From: Vulcanimicrobiota bacterium
Lineage (GTDB): Bacteria; Vulcanimicrobiota; Vulcanimicrobiia; Eremiobacterales; Eremiobacteraceae
Assembly (NCBI GenBank): GCA_963805945.1
Contig: CAWDVP010000003.1
Location: forward strand, 64,001-128,000
Reading direction: 5' to 3'
Length of the DNA: 64,000 nucleotides
Shown: positions 48,794-58,913 of the stretch, one piece after another
How the letters are laid out: every line of letters begins with the position of its first letter
Numbering within the stretch: position 1 is the first letter of the stretch
Program-made: the position numbers and the translations under genes
The notes under the pieces: model-generated
What the model saw: only the letters and a program-made list of their open reading frames with translations
Told to the model about the DNA's origin: nothing
Database searches by the model: none

Positions 48794-49216
48794 TTACGGC
48801 CGGTCGTCTACCCAGACCGCTCCCTCGGGCGTGTGCTCTTTTTTCCAGATCGGCGCGATCCGCTTGAGTCGATCGATCGCGAAGCGGCAGCAGTCGAACG
48901 CCGCCGCGCGATGCGGCGCTGACACGGCGATGACGACGCTCACGTCGCCGACCTCGAGCGACCCGACGCGGTGATGGATGGCGATGTCGGTGATGGGGAA
49001 CTGCTTGCGCGCCTCCGCCGCGATGTCGGCGAAGACCCGTTCCACCATCTCCGGGTACGCCTCGTACTCGAGCAGGGTCACCTTGTGGCCGCGCGCTTCG
49101 TCGCGGACGCGTCCGACGAACGTGACCACGCCGCCCGCGCCGTCCTGCGAGATGATCTGCGCGGCGAGGTGCTCGTCGAGCGGTTCCGCGGTGAGGACGA
49201 AATGGCGGCTCGTCAT
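48794..49216 (-). CDS. moaE: molybdopterin synthase catalytic subunit
   Basis: FVGRVR, LEYEAY, HRVG, HRAAAF, PIWKKE. Confidence 0.93.
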   Translation of the reverse strand: MTSRHFVLTAEPLDEHLAAQIISQDGAGGVVTFVGRVRDEARGHKVTLLEYEAYPEMVERVFADIAAEARKQFPITDIAIHHRVGSLEVGDVSVVIAVSAPHRAAAFDCCRFAIDRLKRIAPIWKKEHTPEGAVWVDDRP

Positions 49217-49458
49217 CCGCCGGCCACCGGGGGCAGGAGCGCGAGTTCGTCGCCCTCGTGCAGCAGCGTCTCGGGCGCGGCGAGTTCGCGATTGACGGCA
49301 AAGGCGATCGAACCGGCGGGCGCGGCGAGCTGCGGGTGCGCCGCCGTGATGCTCACGAATGCAGCGGCCGCGGTCGCGCCGTCCGGTACTTCGATGTCAA
49401 GCGCTCCGCGGCCCAGCGTCTCACGCTGAGAGGCGAAAAGCCGCACGCTGATACGCAT
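49213..49458 (-). CDS. moaD: molybdopterin synthase sulfur carrier
   Basis: VRLFA, AVN, LLPPVAGG C-terminus. Confidence 0.9.
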   Translation of the reverse strand: MRISVRLFASQRETLGRGALDIEVPDGATAAAAFVSITAAHPQLAAPAGSIAFAVNRELAAPETLLHEGDELALLPPVAGG

Positions 49459-49577
49459 ACAGTCCCGGACACTACGGCGCGCGCCTGCCTTCCTCCCTGG
49501 CACGTTGATGGCGCTAGGAGTTGGGGCACGGAAGTACAAGTCGTCCCTCCCCCTTCGACTAGCGAGGAATAAACGCC

Positions 49578-50189
49578 ATGCCGTTCACCGTGCCCGCTCT
49601 TGACTACGCCTATGACGCGCTCGAGCCGACCATCGACAAAGAGACGATGACGCTGCACCACGACAAGCACCATGCCGCCTATGTCAACAACCTCAATGCG
49701 GCCATCGAGAAGCACCCGGAATTGGCGAACAAATCGGCAGAAGAGCTCATCAAGGATCTCGCCGCCGTGCCCGATGACATCCGCGGCGCCGTGCGCAACA
49801 ATGGCGGCGGCCACGTCAATCACTCGATGTTCTGGACGATCATGGGTCCCGGCGGCGGCGGCGACCCCAAAGGTGCGCTCGGCGACGCCATCAAGAGCAC
49901 CTTCGGCGACTTCGAGACGTTCAAGACGCAGTTCAACGACGCCGGCGTCAAGCAGTTCGGCAGCGGCTGGGCCTGGCTCGTCCTCGCCGGCGGCAAACTG
50001 CTCATCACGAGCACGGCCAATCAAGACAACCCGATGTCGGCCGGCCAGGTCCCGATCATGGGCAATGACGTGTGGGAGCACGCGTACTACCTCAAGTACC
50101 AGAACCGCCGCCCCGACTACCTCAAGGCCTGGTGGAACGTCGTCAATTGGGACGCGATCGGCAAGCGCTTTGACGCCGCGAAGAAGTAG
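49578..50189 (+). CDS. sodA: Mn/Fe superoxide dismutase
   Basis: [31 protein letters not shown]. Confidence 0.95.
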   Translation: MPFTVPALDYAYDALEPTIDKETMTLHHDKHHAAYVNNLNAAIEKHPELANKSAEELIKDLAAVPDDIRGAVRNNGGGHVNHSMFWTIMGPGGGGDPKGALGDAIKSTFGDFETFKTQFNDAGVKQFGSGWAWLVLAGGKLLITSTANQDNPMSAGQVPIMGNDVWEHAYYLKYQNRRPDYLKAWWNVVNWDAIGKRFDAAKK

Positions 50190-50195
50190 GCGCCG

Positions 50196-50966
50196 ATGAG
50201 CGGACTGCTCGCGGGTAAGACCGCGTTGGTGATGGGCGTCGCGAACCGCTGGAGCATCGCGACCGCCATCGCCAAGGCGCTCCACGCCCATGGCGCGCGC
50301 CTCGCGCTTACCTACGAGGGCGAGCGCACCAAAGACGAGGTCGAGAAGCTCGTCGGCGAGCTGGGCGGCGGGCTCGCGCTGCTGTGCGACGTCGCCAAAG
50401 ACGAGAGCCTCGCGGAGCTGCGGACGACGCTCGAGTCGAAGTACAAGACGCTCGACATCGTCGTGCATAGCATCGCATTCGCGCGCAAGGAAGAGCTGGC
50501 CGGCAAGTACTACGCGACCTCGCGCTCGGGCTTCGGCGTAGCGCTCGACGTGAGCGCGTTCTCGCTCGTCGCGCTGTGCCGCGAGCTCGCGCCGATCATC
50601 GCCGAAAACGGATCGGTGATGACGATGACCTACCTCGGCTCGGTGCGCGCGGTCCAGAACTACAACGTCATGGGCGTCGCCAAGGCGGCGCTCGAAGCAT
50701 CCGTCCGCTATCTCGCGGTGGATATGGGCGAGCGCGGCATCCGCGTCAACGGCATCTCCGCCGGCCCTATCAAGACGGCATCGGCGCGCGCGGTGAGCGG
50801 TTTCACCGCCATCCTCGGCGAGGTCGGCCAGCGCGCGCCGCTGCGGCGCAACGCGACCGCGGATGACGTCGCCAATATGGCGGTCTTCCTGGGAAGCGAT
50901 CTGTCGTCGGCGGTCACAGGCCAGGTCATCTACGTCGACGCCGGCTACAATATCGTCGGAATCTAG
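50196..50966 (+). CDS. fabI: enoyl-ACP reductase
   Basis: GVANRWSIA, HSIAFA, YNVMGVAKAALE, ISAGPIKT. Confidence 0.93.
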   Translation: MSGLLAGKTALVMGVANRWSIATAIAKALHAHGARLALTYEGERTKDEVEKLVGELGGGLALLCDVAKDESLAELRTTLESKYKTLDIVVHSIAFARKEELAGKYYATSRSGFGVALDVSAFSLVALCRELAPIIAENGSVMTMTYLGSVRAVQNYNVMGVAKAALEASVRYLAVDMGERGIRVNGISAGPIKTASARAVSGFTAILGEVGQRAPLRRNATADDVANMAVFLGSDLSSAVTGQVIYVDAGYNIVGI

Positions 50967-51036
50967 CCGCGACGAGAGGTCAGCAGAGCGCGGATGGACA
51001 ACGTTGGGGTCCGCTGCGGCACAAGGGGGATACGTG

Positions 51037-51246
51037 ATGGGCCTAACATGGAAAGATGTCGAAGACATCGGGTTCGAATTAGCACAGGCTCATCCGGATG
51101 AGGATCCCGGCCAGGTGCCGTTGCCCGAACTTCTGCAAATGGTGACCGACCTTGACGATTTCGAGGACGACCCGGAGCGGGTGGACGAAAGCACGCTGCA
51201 GCGTATCGCCGCCGCTTGGCACGTGGAGTTCGCCGAAAAGGCGTAA
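51037..51246 (+). CDS. iscX: Fe-S assembly protein IscX
   Basis: MGLTWKDVEDIG...L.DFEDDP...L..I.AAW pattern; acidic, 69 aa. Confidence 0.8.
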   Translation: MGLTWKDVEDIGFELAQAHPDEDPGQVPLPELLQMVTDLDDFEDDPERVDESTLQRIAAAWHVEFAEKA

Positions 51247-51252
51247 CCTCGG

Positions 51253-51927
51253 ATGAGCCGGCTCGGCCTGTTCCCGCTGCGCAGCGTGCTGCTGCCGGGC
51301 GCCGCGCTCCGGCTCCACATCTTCGAAGACCGCTATAAAGAGATGATCGGCGCCTGTCTTGAATCGGGCGACCCCTTCGGTGTCCTGCTCGATCGCGCTG
51401 ACAAAGAGGTGGGGGACGACCTGGACCCGGTGCAGGTCGGGACGGCTGCGCAGATCGCCGAGGTCACCCACCTGCCGCACGGCCGGCTCTTCATCGTCAC
51501 CCGTGGCACGAGGCGCTTCCGCACCGAGCGCATCCTCCAGAAGAAACCTTTTTGGGCCGCCGAGGTAACCTATCTGGGCGAACCGGTCGGCTCCGGTGAG
51601 GCGGCCACCCTCCAAGCCATCGCAGCCGAGCGGTTCACCGATTATCTGCAGGCGCTGCTGGCGCTCTTCAAGCGCGAACTGGACAGCGTCCAGATGCCGG
51701 ATGACGCGAACGAGTTCTCCTATCTGATCGCGGATGCGCTGCAAGTGGAGATGCCGGTCAAGCAGAAGCTGCTCGAGGCGCCGAGCGCGGCTGCGCGCCT
51801 GCGTGATGAAGTGGCAATCCTCGAGGGCGAGACGACGCGGCTGCGTGAACTCGCCGCCGCGGGGGTGCAGGCCGCCGACGCCGATCGAGAGCAGACGCCC
51901 TTCAACGTTCGCTTCTCCGTCAACTAG
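51253..51927 (+). CDS. stand-alone LON peptidase N-terminal (substrate-binding) domain protein
   Basis: LFPL, LHIFEDRY, GTRRF, KQKLLE. Confidence 0.85.
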   Translation: MSRLGLFPLRSVLLPGAALRLHIFEDRYKEMIGACLESGDPFGVLLDRADKEVGDDLDPVQVGTAAQIAEVTHLPHGRLFIVTRGTRRFRTERILQKKPFWAAEVTYLGEPVGSGEAATLQAIAAERFTDYLQALLALFKRELDSVQMPDDANEFSYLIADALQVEMPVKQKLLEAPSAAARLRDEVAILEGETTRLRELAAAGVQAADADREQTPFNVRFSVN

Positions 51928-51935
51928 GCCGCCTG

Positions 51936-52520
51936 ATGACTCATCCGGGCGTCGGATTGCTTCGCCAGCGGCTCGCGGCGCGCGCGCCGCGCCGGCTGCA
52001 CGAGCCTGACGCCCGCCGGGCGGCGGTGCTGGTGCCGCTGGTCGGCGAGGACGCCGAGCTGCAGCTGATCTGCTTCGAGCGCACGCATGAGGTCCTGGAG
52101 CACAAAGGTGAGATATGCTTTCCCGGCGGCTCGATCGAGCCGCACGACGCCGATGAGGCGGATGCCGCGTTGCGCGAAGCCCACGAGGAGCTCGGGCTGC
52201 CGCGCGAGGCGATCGAGATCATCGGTAGCCTCGACGACGTGCACACCGTCGCCAGCAGCTACGTCATCACCCCGATCGTGGGGCATCTGAAGACCATGCC
52301 GCAACTCGTGCTCGATCCGATCGAGGTCGCGCGGCCGGTCGTCGTCTCGCTGGAGCAACTGCGGGCACCGGGCGCGGAGGGCATGGAGTGGCGCGAATGG
52401 CGCGGCACGCAGCGCCAGATCTTCCATTACCCGGTATCGGGCGGGCGCATCTGGGGCGCGACCGGCCGGATCCTGCACGACCTGCTCACGGTGTGGGCGG
52501 GCAACGCGGTGCGCTCATGA
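51936..52520 (+). CDS. Nudix CoA pyrophosphatase
   Basis: [32 protein letters not shown]. Confidence 0.9.
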   Translation: MTHPGVGLLRQRLAARAPRRLHEPDARRAAVLVPLVGEDAELQLICFERTHEVLEHKGEICFPGGSIEPHDADEADAALREAHEELGLPREAIEIIGSLDDVHTVASSYVITPIVGHLKTMPQLVLDPIEVARPVVVSLEQLRAPGAEGMEWREWRGTQRQIFHYPVSGGRIWGATGRILHDLLTVWAGNAVRS

Positions 52521-54508
52521 GCGCGGTGAAGGCCTGCGAGCGTTGCGGCAAGCGCCCAGCGGCAGGCGTGCTGCCTGGATTCAAAGACGGCCGATTCACC
52601 AATGTGAGTATGTGCGACCAGTGCATGGAAGCGCAGAGCAAGAGCAATCTCGCGTTCGCGGGCGGCGCGGCGCTTGCCGCGCTCGCGCTCGGCGTCGGCG
52701 CGGTCGTGCTCGGCGAGCGCATCAGCCGACCCAATCGTGACGACGCGCCGCCTGCGGGGCCGATCCCGCCGCGCAGTCCGGTGTTCTCCGGCGCCGGCCG
52801 CACGCCGACGCTCAACTCGTTCTCGCGCGACCTCAGCCGCCAGGCGGCTGAGGGCAGGTTGGATCCGGTCGTCGGCCGCGACGTCGAGATCGAACGGGTC
52901 GTGCGCATCTTGGCGCGCCGCACCAAGAACAACCCGGTGCTCATCGGCGACGCCGGCGTGGGCAAGACCGCGATCGTCGAAGGCCTCGCGCAGCGCATCG
53001 CGCGCGGCGAGGTGCCCCGCACGCTCGCCGGCAAGCGCATCGTCGCCCTCGCGCTCGGCGGCGTGGTGGCGGGCACGAAGTACCGCGGCGAGTTCGAGGC
53101 GCGCCTGCAGCGCGTGATCGAGGAGCTGTCGCGCGCCAGCGACGTCATCGTCTTCATCGACGAATTGCACACCATCGTCGGCGCCGGCAGCGCCGAAGGC
53201 TCGACCGTCGACGCCGCCAACATGCTCAAACCCGCGTTGGCGCGCGGCGAGATCCGCTGCATCGGCGCGACCACGTTCGACGAGTACCGGCGCCACATCG
53301 AGAGCGACGAGGCGCTGGAGCGGCGTTTCGCGCCGATCGTCATCGAAGAGCCCTCGCCCGAGGCCGCGCTCGAGATGCTGCGCGCCAGCCGCGACCGCTA
53401 CGCGCGCCATCACGACGTGCGCATCGGTGACGCGGCGCTGCGCGCGGCCGTCCAGCTGTCCGCTCGGTATATCACCGATCGCTACATGCCCGACAAAGCC
53501 TTCGACGTGCTCGACGAGGCGGGAGCGCTGGTGGCGATGCGCGGCGGCGGCGAGGTCGGACCCGAGGACGTCGCGCGCGTCGTCTCGAGCTGGACCGGCG
53601 TGCCCATCGAAACGGTGGCCGCCGCGGAGGCGGAGCGCCTGCTCTCCTTTGAGACATTGCTGCGCAAGCGCATCGTCGGCCAAGACGATGCGGTCCGCGC
53701 CGTGGCCGAGTGCGTCCGCCGCGCCCGCGCCGGCATGAAGGAGCATCGCGGCCCGATGGGCGCGCTGCTCTTCGTCGGACCCACCGGCGTCGGCAAGACG
53801 GAGCTCGCGCGCGCCACCGCGGCCGCGCTGTTCGGCAGCGACGACGCCCTGCTGCGCTTCGACATGTCCGAATTCTCGCAGCCGCACTCGGCGGCGCGGC
53901 TCGTCGGCGCGCCGCCCGGCTACGCGGGGCACGAACGCGCAGGGGAGCTCACCGAAGCTGTCCGCCGGCGCCCGTATAGCGTCGTGCTGTTCGACGAGAT
54001 CGATCGCGCGCATCCGGAAGTTCTCGCGCTGCTGCTGCAACTGCTCGACGACGGGCGTCTCACCGACGCGCAATCGCGCGCCGTCGATTTCCGCAACGCG
54101 CTCGTCATCCTCACCGCGAACGCGCCCGCCGGCACCGATTTCGCGCAGCTCGGCGCGCAGTTCTCGCACGAGCTCATAAACCGGCTCGATGACGTCGCCG
54201 TCTTCCACCAGCTCGGGCGGGAAGATATCCGAGCGGTGGTCGCGCACGGGGTGAAGATGCTGGCGGCGGCAGCGGCCGAACAGGGTATCGCGCTGCGCGT
54301 GACGGATGCCGCGCTGGACGCGCTCGCCGCCGAGGCGGACGACCACCATCAGGGCGCGCGCCTCGTGCGGCGCGTGCTCGAGCGGCGCTTGAGCGCACCG
54401 CTGGCCAAAGCAGTGCTCGCGGGGACGTTCGTCCGCGGGCAAACCGTCAAGGCCGACGTGCGGCCGCAAGGAAAGATCGGGTTTGAAACATGCGATTCGT
54501 CGTCTTGA
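52517..54508 (+). CDS. ATP-dependent Clp ATPase (two AAA+ modules) with Zn-finger plus hydrophobic N-terminus
   Basis: CERC...[37 protein letters not shown]. Confidence 0.88.
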   Translation: MSAVKACERCGKRPAAGVLPGFKDGRFTNVSMCDQCMEAQSKSNLAFAGGAALAALALGVGAVVLGERISRPNRDDAPPAGPIPPRSPVFSGAGRTPTLNSFSRDLSRQAAEGRLDPVVGRDVEIERVVRILARRTKNNPVLIGDAGVGKTAIVEGLAQRIARGEVPRTLAGKRIVALALGGVVAGTKYRGEFEARLQRVIEELSRASDVIVFIDELHTIVGAGSAEGSTVDAANMLKPALARGEIRCIGATTFDEYRRHIESDEALERRFAPIVIEEPSPEAALEMLRASRDRYARHHDVRIGDAALRAAVQLSARYITDRYMPDKAFDVLDEAGALVAMRGGGEVGPEDVARVVSSWTGVPIETVAAAEAERLLSFETLLRKRIVGQDDAVRAVAECVRRARAGMKEHRGPMGALLFVGPTGVGKTELARATAAALFGSDDALLRFDMSEFSQPHSAARLVGAPPGYAGHERAGELTEAVRRRPYSVVLFDEIDRAHPEVLALLLQLLDDGRLTDAQSRAVDFRNALVILTANAPAGTDFAQLGAQFSHELINRLDDVAVFHQLGREDIRAVVAHGVKMLAAAAAEQGIALRVTDAALDALAAEADDHHQGARLVRRVLERRLSAPLAKAVLAGTFVRGQTVKADVRPQGKIGFETCDSSS

Positions 54509-54759
54509 TCGACTACACGGACATGGACGCGCGCAATCGCGCGCTCGAAGCGCACCGGGCGCATCTCGCCGCCGGCCGCGAGGCCGGAAAGGTGGTGGAG
54601 TCGGGCGCCTTCGCAGACGGCAAGGGCGGCATGTACGTGTTGGAGCTGCCCGACGAGGCTGCAGCGCGGGTTTTCGTGGACGCCGATCCATACCGGACGC
54701 AGGCGAAGCTTGCGATGACGATACGTCAGTGGAACAGCACGAAGGGCACGACGCCGTAA
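54490..54759 (+). CDS. YciI family protein
   Basis: R...EAHRAHL, SGAF, ADPY. Confidence 0.8.
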   Translation: MRFVVLIDYTDMDARNRALEAHRAHLAAGREAGKVVESGAFADGKGGMYVLELPDEAAARVFVDADPYRTQAKLAMTIRQWNSTKGTTP

Positions 54760-54761
54760 CG

Positions 54762-55531
54762 ATGGCCGCTCAGTTCGACGCCGTCAAAGAAGCGACCGAC
54801 GCGTTCTCGTTGCTGTTCAAGGGGCGCAACTGGCTCTTGGGTGCGCCGACCGTCGCCGGGCTCTTCATCGTCATGGTCATCGTCGGCGTCGTGCTGGTGT
54901 TGGCGATCGGGCCGGATATCTTCCGCCAGATCCTGGGCGGCTCGCAGACGCCCGAGATCTCGCCGGGCGGATCATCGTGTTCGTCGTGTCGATAACGCTC
55001 GGCGTCCTGCTCGCCACCGCCGTGAGCATCTTCACCTACGCGTGGACGCTGGTGGCCGCGGAGCCTGTATGGCTCGGGCAAGAACCGGCCTGGGACCGGG
55101 GCTTCAATCGGGCGGCGAAAAAACTGCTCAGCCTGGCGGTTTACGTGATCCTCGTCGGCCTCATGTCGATCGTGTCCATCATCACCATCGTCGGTCCGAT
55201 CATCATCGCGTTCTTCACGATGTACGCGCCCGCACGCATCCTGTTCGCTGACAGGACGGCGACGGACGCGATCGGCGATTCGTTCAAGATGGCGAGCGAG
55301 AACATCACGCCGACGATGATCCTCGTGCTGGCGTTCATCGTCGTCTACATCATCGGGTTCGTCGTCGTCATGGCCTTGGGGTGGATCCCGCTCGTCGGCA
55401 TCGTCGTCCAGTTGGGGTTCCAATGGCTGTTCAGCGCGTATATCGCGCTCGCCATCGTGCGCTTCTACGACATCCTCAACACGTCAAGCGGCGCGCCGCC
55501 GTTCTCGATCATCCCCGAGACGAACGTCTAG
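54762..55531 (+). CDS. multi-TM membrane protein (frameshift near 54970), paralogue of 58914..59684
   Basis: MAAQFDAVKEATDAFSLLF...NW matches the paralogue; continues in ORF 54977..55531. Confidence 0.7.
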
Positions 55532-55549
55532 GGGCCTCATCGGTCCGAT

Positions 55550-56180
55550 GTAAGGGCCGATCTTTAGATCGGCCCTAAGCCTGTCCATGTAGGGGCCGAT
55601 CTTTAGATCGGCCCTCTCTAGACGAGCTCCCGCGACGCCTTGATAAAGAGCGAGTCACCCAGCGCCCGCCTCGCCTCAAGGCGTTTGACTATCACGCAGC
55701 TCGTTCATACTTCGTCACGTGGTGCGTGCGCGAACGAAGGCCTGTATTCCGGGATGCTTTGCCGGTTAACATCGCACAGGATACGATTCTCGACTTTAGA
55801 CAACGAGCTTGGTACGCTCTCTATGCTTACTGTGTGATGCCTGACCACATACATGTTGTCATGAAGTCACTGGGCGGTGAGAGACCTCTGTCGCGCATCG
55901 TGGCCACGCTCAAGGCGAGCATCGCGCATCGTTGCCGTTTGGCGGGAGTTTCTCTTGAGTGGCAGCACGGCTACTATGATCGAATCGTGCGAGAGTACGA
56001 ACGGTCGGACGAGTTCGTCAAGTACGTCCTGCTCAATCCCGTGCGAGCAGGGCTCGTCGTGCGCTTCGAAGACTATCCATATGCCGGCCTGGTCGATGCG
56101 TGGCACTAGGAGCCGACCTAAAGGTCGGCCCCTACACACGGCGTGCAAAAAAAGGGGCCGATCTAAAGATCGGCCCCTAC
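55550..56180 (+). mobile_element. REPtron: RAYT flanked by REPs at 55550-55575 and 55589-55614 (+), 56110-56135 and 56155-56180 (-)
   Basis: four GTAG/GTAA-hairpin REPs symmetrically flanking an HUH Y1 transposase. Confidence 0.88.
55621..56109 (+). CDS. rayT: REP-associated tyrosine transposase (TnpA-REP, IS200/IS605 Y1 family); start uncertain
   Basis: in-frame RLKAFDY...YFVTWC upstream of GTG 55726; MPDHIH (HUH), WQHGYYDRIVR, YVLLNPVRAGLV. Confidence 0.88.
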   Translation, partial: DELPRRLDKERVTQRPPRLKAFDYHAARSYFVTWCVRERRPVFRDALPVNIAQDTILDFRQRAWYALYAYCVMPDHIHVVMKSLGGERPLSRIVATLKASIAHRCRLAGVSLEWQHGYYDRIVREYERSDEFVKYVLLNPVRAGLVVRFEDYPYAGLVDAWH

Positions 56181-56195
56181 AGACGTCGGCTGGTG

Positions 56196-57101
56196 CTAGG
56201 CGGAGTGCTCCTTCAACATCTGGTGGATGCGGCCCGTGATGGCAAGCGAATCATCCCACTTGCGCTGCCAGAGGTTGCGCCCGAAGATCAGGCCGGTGAC
56301 GCCTGCCTCCATCGCCACACGCGCCTTGCGCAGCAGATCGTCGTCGCCCATCTTGCTGCCGCCCGAGAGCAGCACCAGCGTGCGCCCCGCCGACTTGACG
56401 ACCTTCGCGATCGCCTCTTCCTCGGTGACCTTCAAGGTGTTGTAGGGCTTGGGCTGTTTGTCGAGATCGCCGCTGACCTTGGGCTCGTTGAGCTTCACGA
56501 TATCCGCGCCCATCTCGCACGCCATGCGCGCGGCATAGTCGACCGCGTAGAGCGAATCCTGGCCGCCCTTCTCCTTGATGGCGGAACCGCGTGGATACGA
56601 CCACACGACGAGCGGCATGCCGTAGCGATCGCAATCTCGGCGCACCGCATCGAGCTGCGCGATGTCCTCGGCCTGGCGCGGGCTGCCTACGTAGAGCGTG
56701 TAGCCGACCGCATCGGCGCCGATGCGCACCGCGTCCTCGACGCCTGACGTCATCGGGGAGAAAGGGGCGTCGTCGCTGGGCACGTTGGTCTTGCCGTTGA
56801 CCTTGAGCAGCAGCGGTATCTTGCCGGCGTACGGACCGAAGTATTTCTTCGCCAGCCCTATATGGCAGGCGACCCCCGAATAGTTGCCGTCGATCGCCAA
56901 GCGGAAGATGTAGTCCATGTCGATGCTCTCGGGGTTGTCGAAGAAGTCGACCGGACCATGTTCGATGCCCTGGTCGATCGGCAGCATGAGCAGCGTGCCG
57001 TTGGCGGGCCCGTATTCGTACAGCATCCGATGAAGCCGGGCGTGTTTGCCGGGCGGGAGCCGTAGATCGGAGAGCGTGGGCCGGCGCACCTTCGTCAACA
57101 T
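56196..57101 (-). CDS. fbaB: class I fructose-bisphosphate aldolase (DhnA type)
   Basis: LPIDQGIEHGP, AVGYTLYVGS, WSYPRG, GADIVK, SGGSK, FGRN. Confidence 0.88.
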   Translation of the reverse strand: MLTKVRRPTLSDLRLPPGKHARLHRMLYEYGPANGTLLMLPIDQGIEHGPVDFFDNPESIDMDYIFRLAIDGNYSGVACHIGLAKKYFGPYAGKIPLLLKVNGKTNVPSDDAPFSPMTSGVEDAVRIGADAVGYTLYVGSPRQAEDIAQLDAVRRDCDRYGMPLVVWSYPRGSAIKEKGGQDSLYAVDYAARMACEMGADIVKLNEPKVSGDLDKQPKPYNTLKVTEEEAIAKVVKSAGRTLVLLSGGSKMGDDDLLRKARVAMEAGVTGLIFGRNLWQRKWDDSLAITGRIHQMLKEHSA

Positions 57102-57219
57102 GAAAGACCTCCAGCAGTGAGGCGGAAGTCCGGGGCTTCTCCGCGCCGCCGCCGGGCACCTAGGGTCGCGGTCGCCGCGTGCAGAGAAGAAAGCGCGGCC
57201 GCGCGTCAAATGAGAGGGC

Positions 57220-58233
57220 GTGGACGTATACGACATCACCGTCATCGGCGGCGGACCAAGCGGCTTGTTCGCGCTGTTCTACGCCGGCATGCGCGGCGCG
57301 AAGGCCAAAGTGATCGACGCGCTGCCGGAACTGGGCGGCCAGCTCTACGCGCTGTACCCGGAGAAGTACATCTACGACATGCCGGGCATCCCGGCGATCA
57401 CCGGTCAGGCGCTGGTGAACGATTGCGTCGAGCAAGCGTTCCAGTGGCCGCACGCCAAGTGCCTCGAAGAGCGGGTCGTGCACATCGAAAAGCTCGCGGA
57501 CGGCACGATCAAGATCCTCACCGACAAAGCCGAGCATCACAGCCGCACGGTCATCCTCGCATCGGGCATCGGCGCGTTCACGCCGCGCAAGCTCGCCGCG
57601 CCATCGGCGGCCGCCTTCGAGGGCAAAGGCGTGCACTACTACGCGCGCAACTTCGACGTCTTCGCCGGCCAGCGCGTCATCGTGGTGGGCGGCGGCGACT
57701 CCGCCGTCGACTACGCGCTCGCGATCGAGAAGAAAGCCAAAACGGTGGCTGTCGTGCACCGCTCGCAGTTCCGCGCGCATCCGCATACCGTCGAACAGCT
57801 GCGAAGTTCGCCGGTCAAGATCTATCAGCCCGATCACGAGATCAAAGAGGTCCATGGCGACGGCTTGGTCGAGGCGGTCACGGTTCTCCAGACCAAGACG
57901 AAAGAAGAAGAGCGGATCGAATGCGAGGCGGTGCTGTGCGCGCTCGGCTTCGTGTCCGATCTCGGGGAAGTGAAGAAGTGGGGCATCGAGCTCGACGGCA
58001 ACGGCATCAAGGTGGACACCGCCACCCAGGAGACGAGCGTCAAGGGCATCTACGCAGCAGGCGACGTCATCTCGCACGCGGGCAAGCTCAAGCTCATCGC
58101 CTGCGGAACGTCTGAGGCGGCGATCGCCGTTAACCAGGCGATGAACTACATGGACCCGAGCCAAAAAGTGCAACCGGTGCACTCGAGCAATCTCACCCTG
58201 CCGATCTCCGCGAAGGTCGGCGCGCAGCCGTGA
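57220..58233 (+). CDS. ferredoxin-NADP+ reductase (TrxR-like YumC type)
   Basis: GGQLYALYPEKYIYD, GGGDSAVD, GKLKLIA, HSS; no CxxC. Confidence 0.88.
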   Translation: MDVYDITVIGGGPSGLFALFYAGMRGAKAKVIDALPELGGQLYALYPEKYIYDMPGIPAITGQALVNDCVEQAFQWPHAKCLEERVVHIEKLADGTIKILTDKAEHHSRTVILASGIGAFTPRKLAAPSAAAFEGKGVHYYARNFDVFAGQRVIVVGGGDSAVDYALAIEKKAKTVAVVHRSQFRAHPHTVEQLRSSPVKIYQPDHEIKEVHGDGLVEAVTVLQTKTKEEERIECEAVLCALGFVSDLGEVKKWGIELDGNGIKVDTATQETSVKGIYAAGDVISHAGKLKLIACGTSEAAIAVNQAMNYMDPSQKVQPVHSSNLTLPISAKVGAQP

Positions 58234-58850
58234 TCGCCGCGATCGCCGTCGCGGCGGCGATGAGCCAGGCCGTGACGCATTCGCCGGCCGAAACGGTGCT
58301 GCACAACATGGCCGCGGTCAACGCGTCGGTGAAATCGTATGAGGTGCGCTGCCATTTCGACGCCTCGGTGCGCACGTTCATCACCCTGCCACTCGCGCTC
58401 GACGCGACCTATTACTTCAAGCAGCCCGATCATGCACAGCTCGTCTTCGACACCGTGCCGACGTACGCGAAGAGATTCCAAGACTTCTACGCGTCGTCCG
58501 GTACGCCGGCGACGTGGCCCAAGAGCTATCGCGTGAGCCTGCAGCTGCCGGCGGCCAGCAACCCGGCCGGCATGCTCGTGCTGCGGCTGGATCCGAAAAA
58601 GCAGAGCAATCTCGACTACGTGCTCATGACGGTCGACCCTGCCAACTACGGCATCGTCGCCCAGCAATGGATGTACAAAGACGGCTCGAGCATCAACGTG
58701 ACGCAGAGCAATGAGATCGGCGCATCGTACGTGCTGCCGAAGCAGGAGACCGCCGACTTCAACTTCCCGCGCTACAAGGCGCACGTGGTGGCCGCGTTCG
58801 GCGACTATCAGATCAACGCGCCGGTCGACGACTCCATCTTCACGAAATAA
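58230..58850 (+). CDS. LolA-like periplasmic/outer-membrane lipoprotein-sorting protein
   Basis: YYFKQPD, YQINAPVDDSIF C-terminus, hydrophobic N-terminus. Confidence 0.6.
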   Translation: MIAAIAVAAAMSQAVTHSPAETVLHNMAAVNASVKSYEVRCHFDASVRTFITLPLALDATYYFKQPDHAQLVFDTVPTYAKRFQDFYASSGTPATWPKSYRVSLQLPAASNPAGMLVLRLDPKKQSNLDYVLMTVDPANYGIVAQQWMYKDGSSINVTQSNEIGASYVLPKQETADFNFPRYKAHVVAAFGDYQINAPVDDSIFTK

Positions 58851-58877
58851 AAAGGGACCGGCAGTGCCGGTCCCCCT
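58848..58877. terminator. terminator hairpin between convergent genes
   Basis: AAAAAGGGACCGGCA-G-TGCCGGTCCC. Confidence 0.7.
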
Positions 58878-58894
58878 CGTTCGTCCTCTATAGT

Positions 58895-58912
58895 GTCCGA
58901 GCGAAGCTCGGG
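58895..58912 (+). repeat. family C hairpin
   Basis: GTCCGAGCGAAGCTCGGG, exact reverse complement of 15889-15906. Confidence 0.65.
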
Positions 58913-58913
58913 T

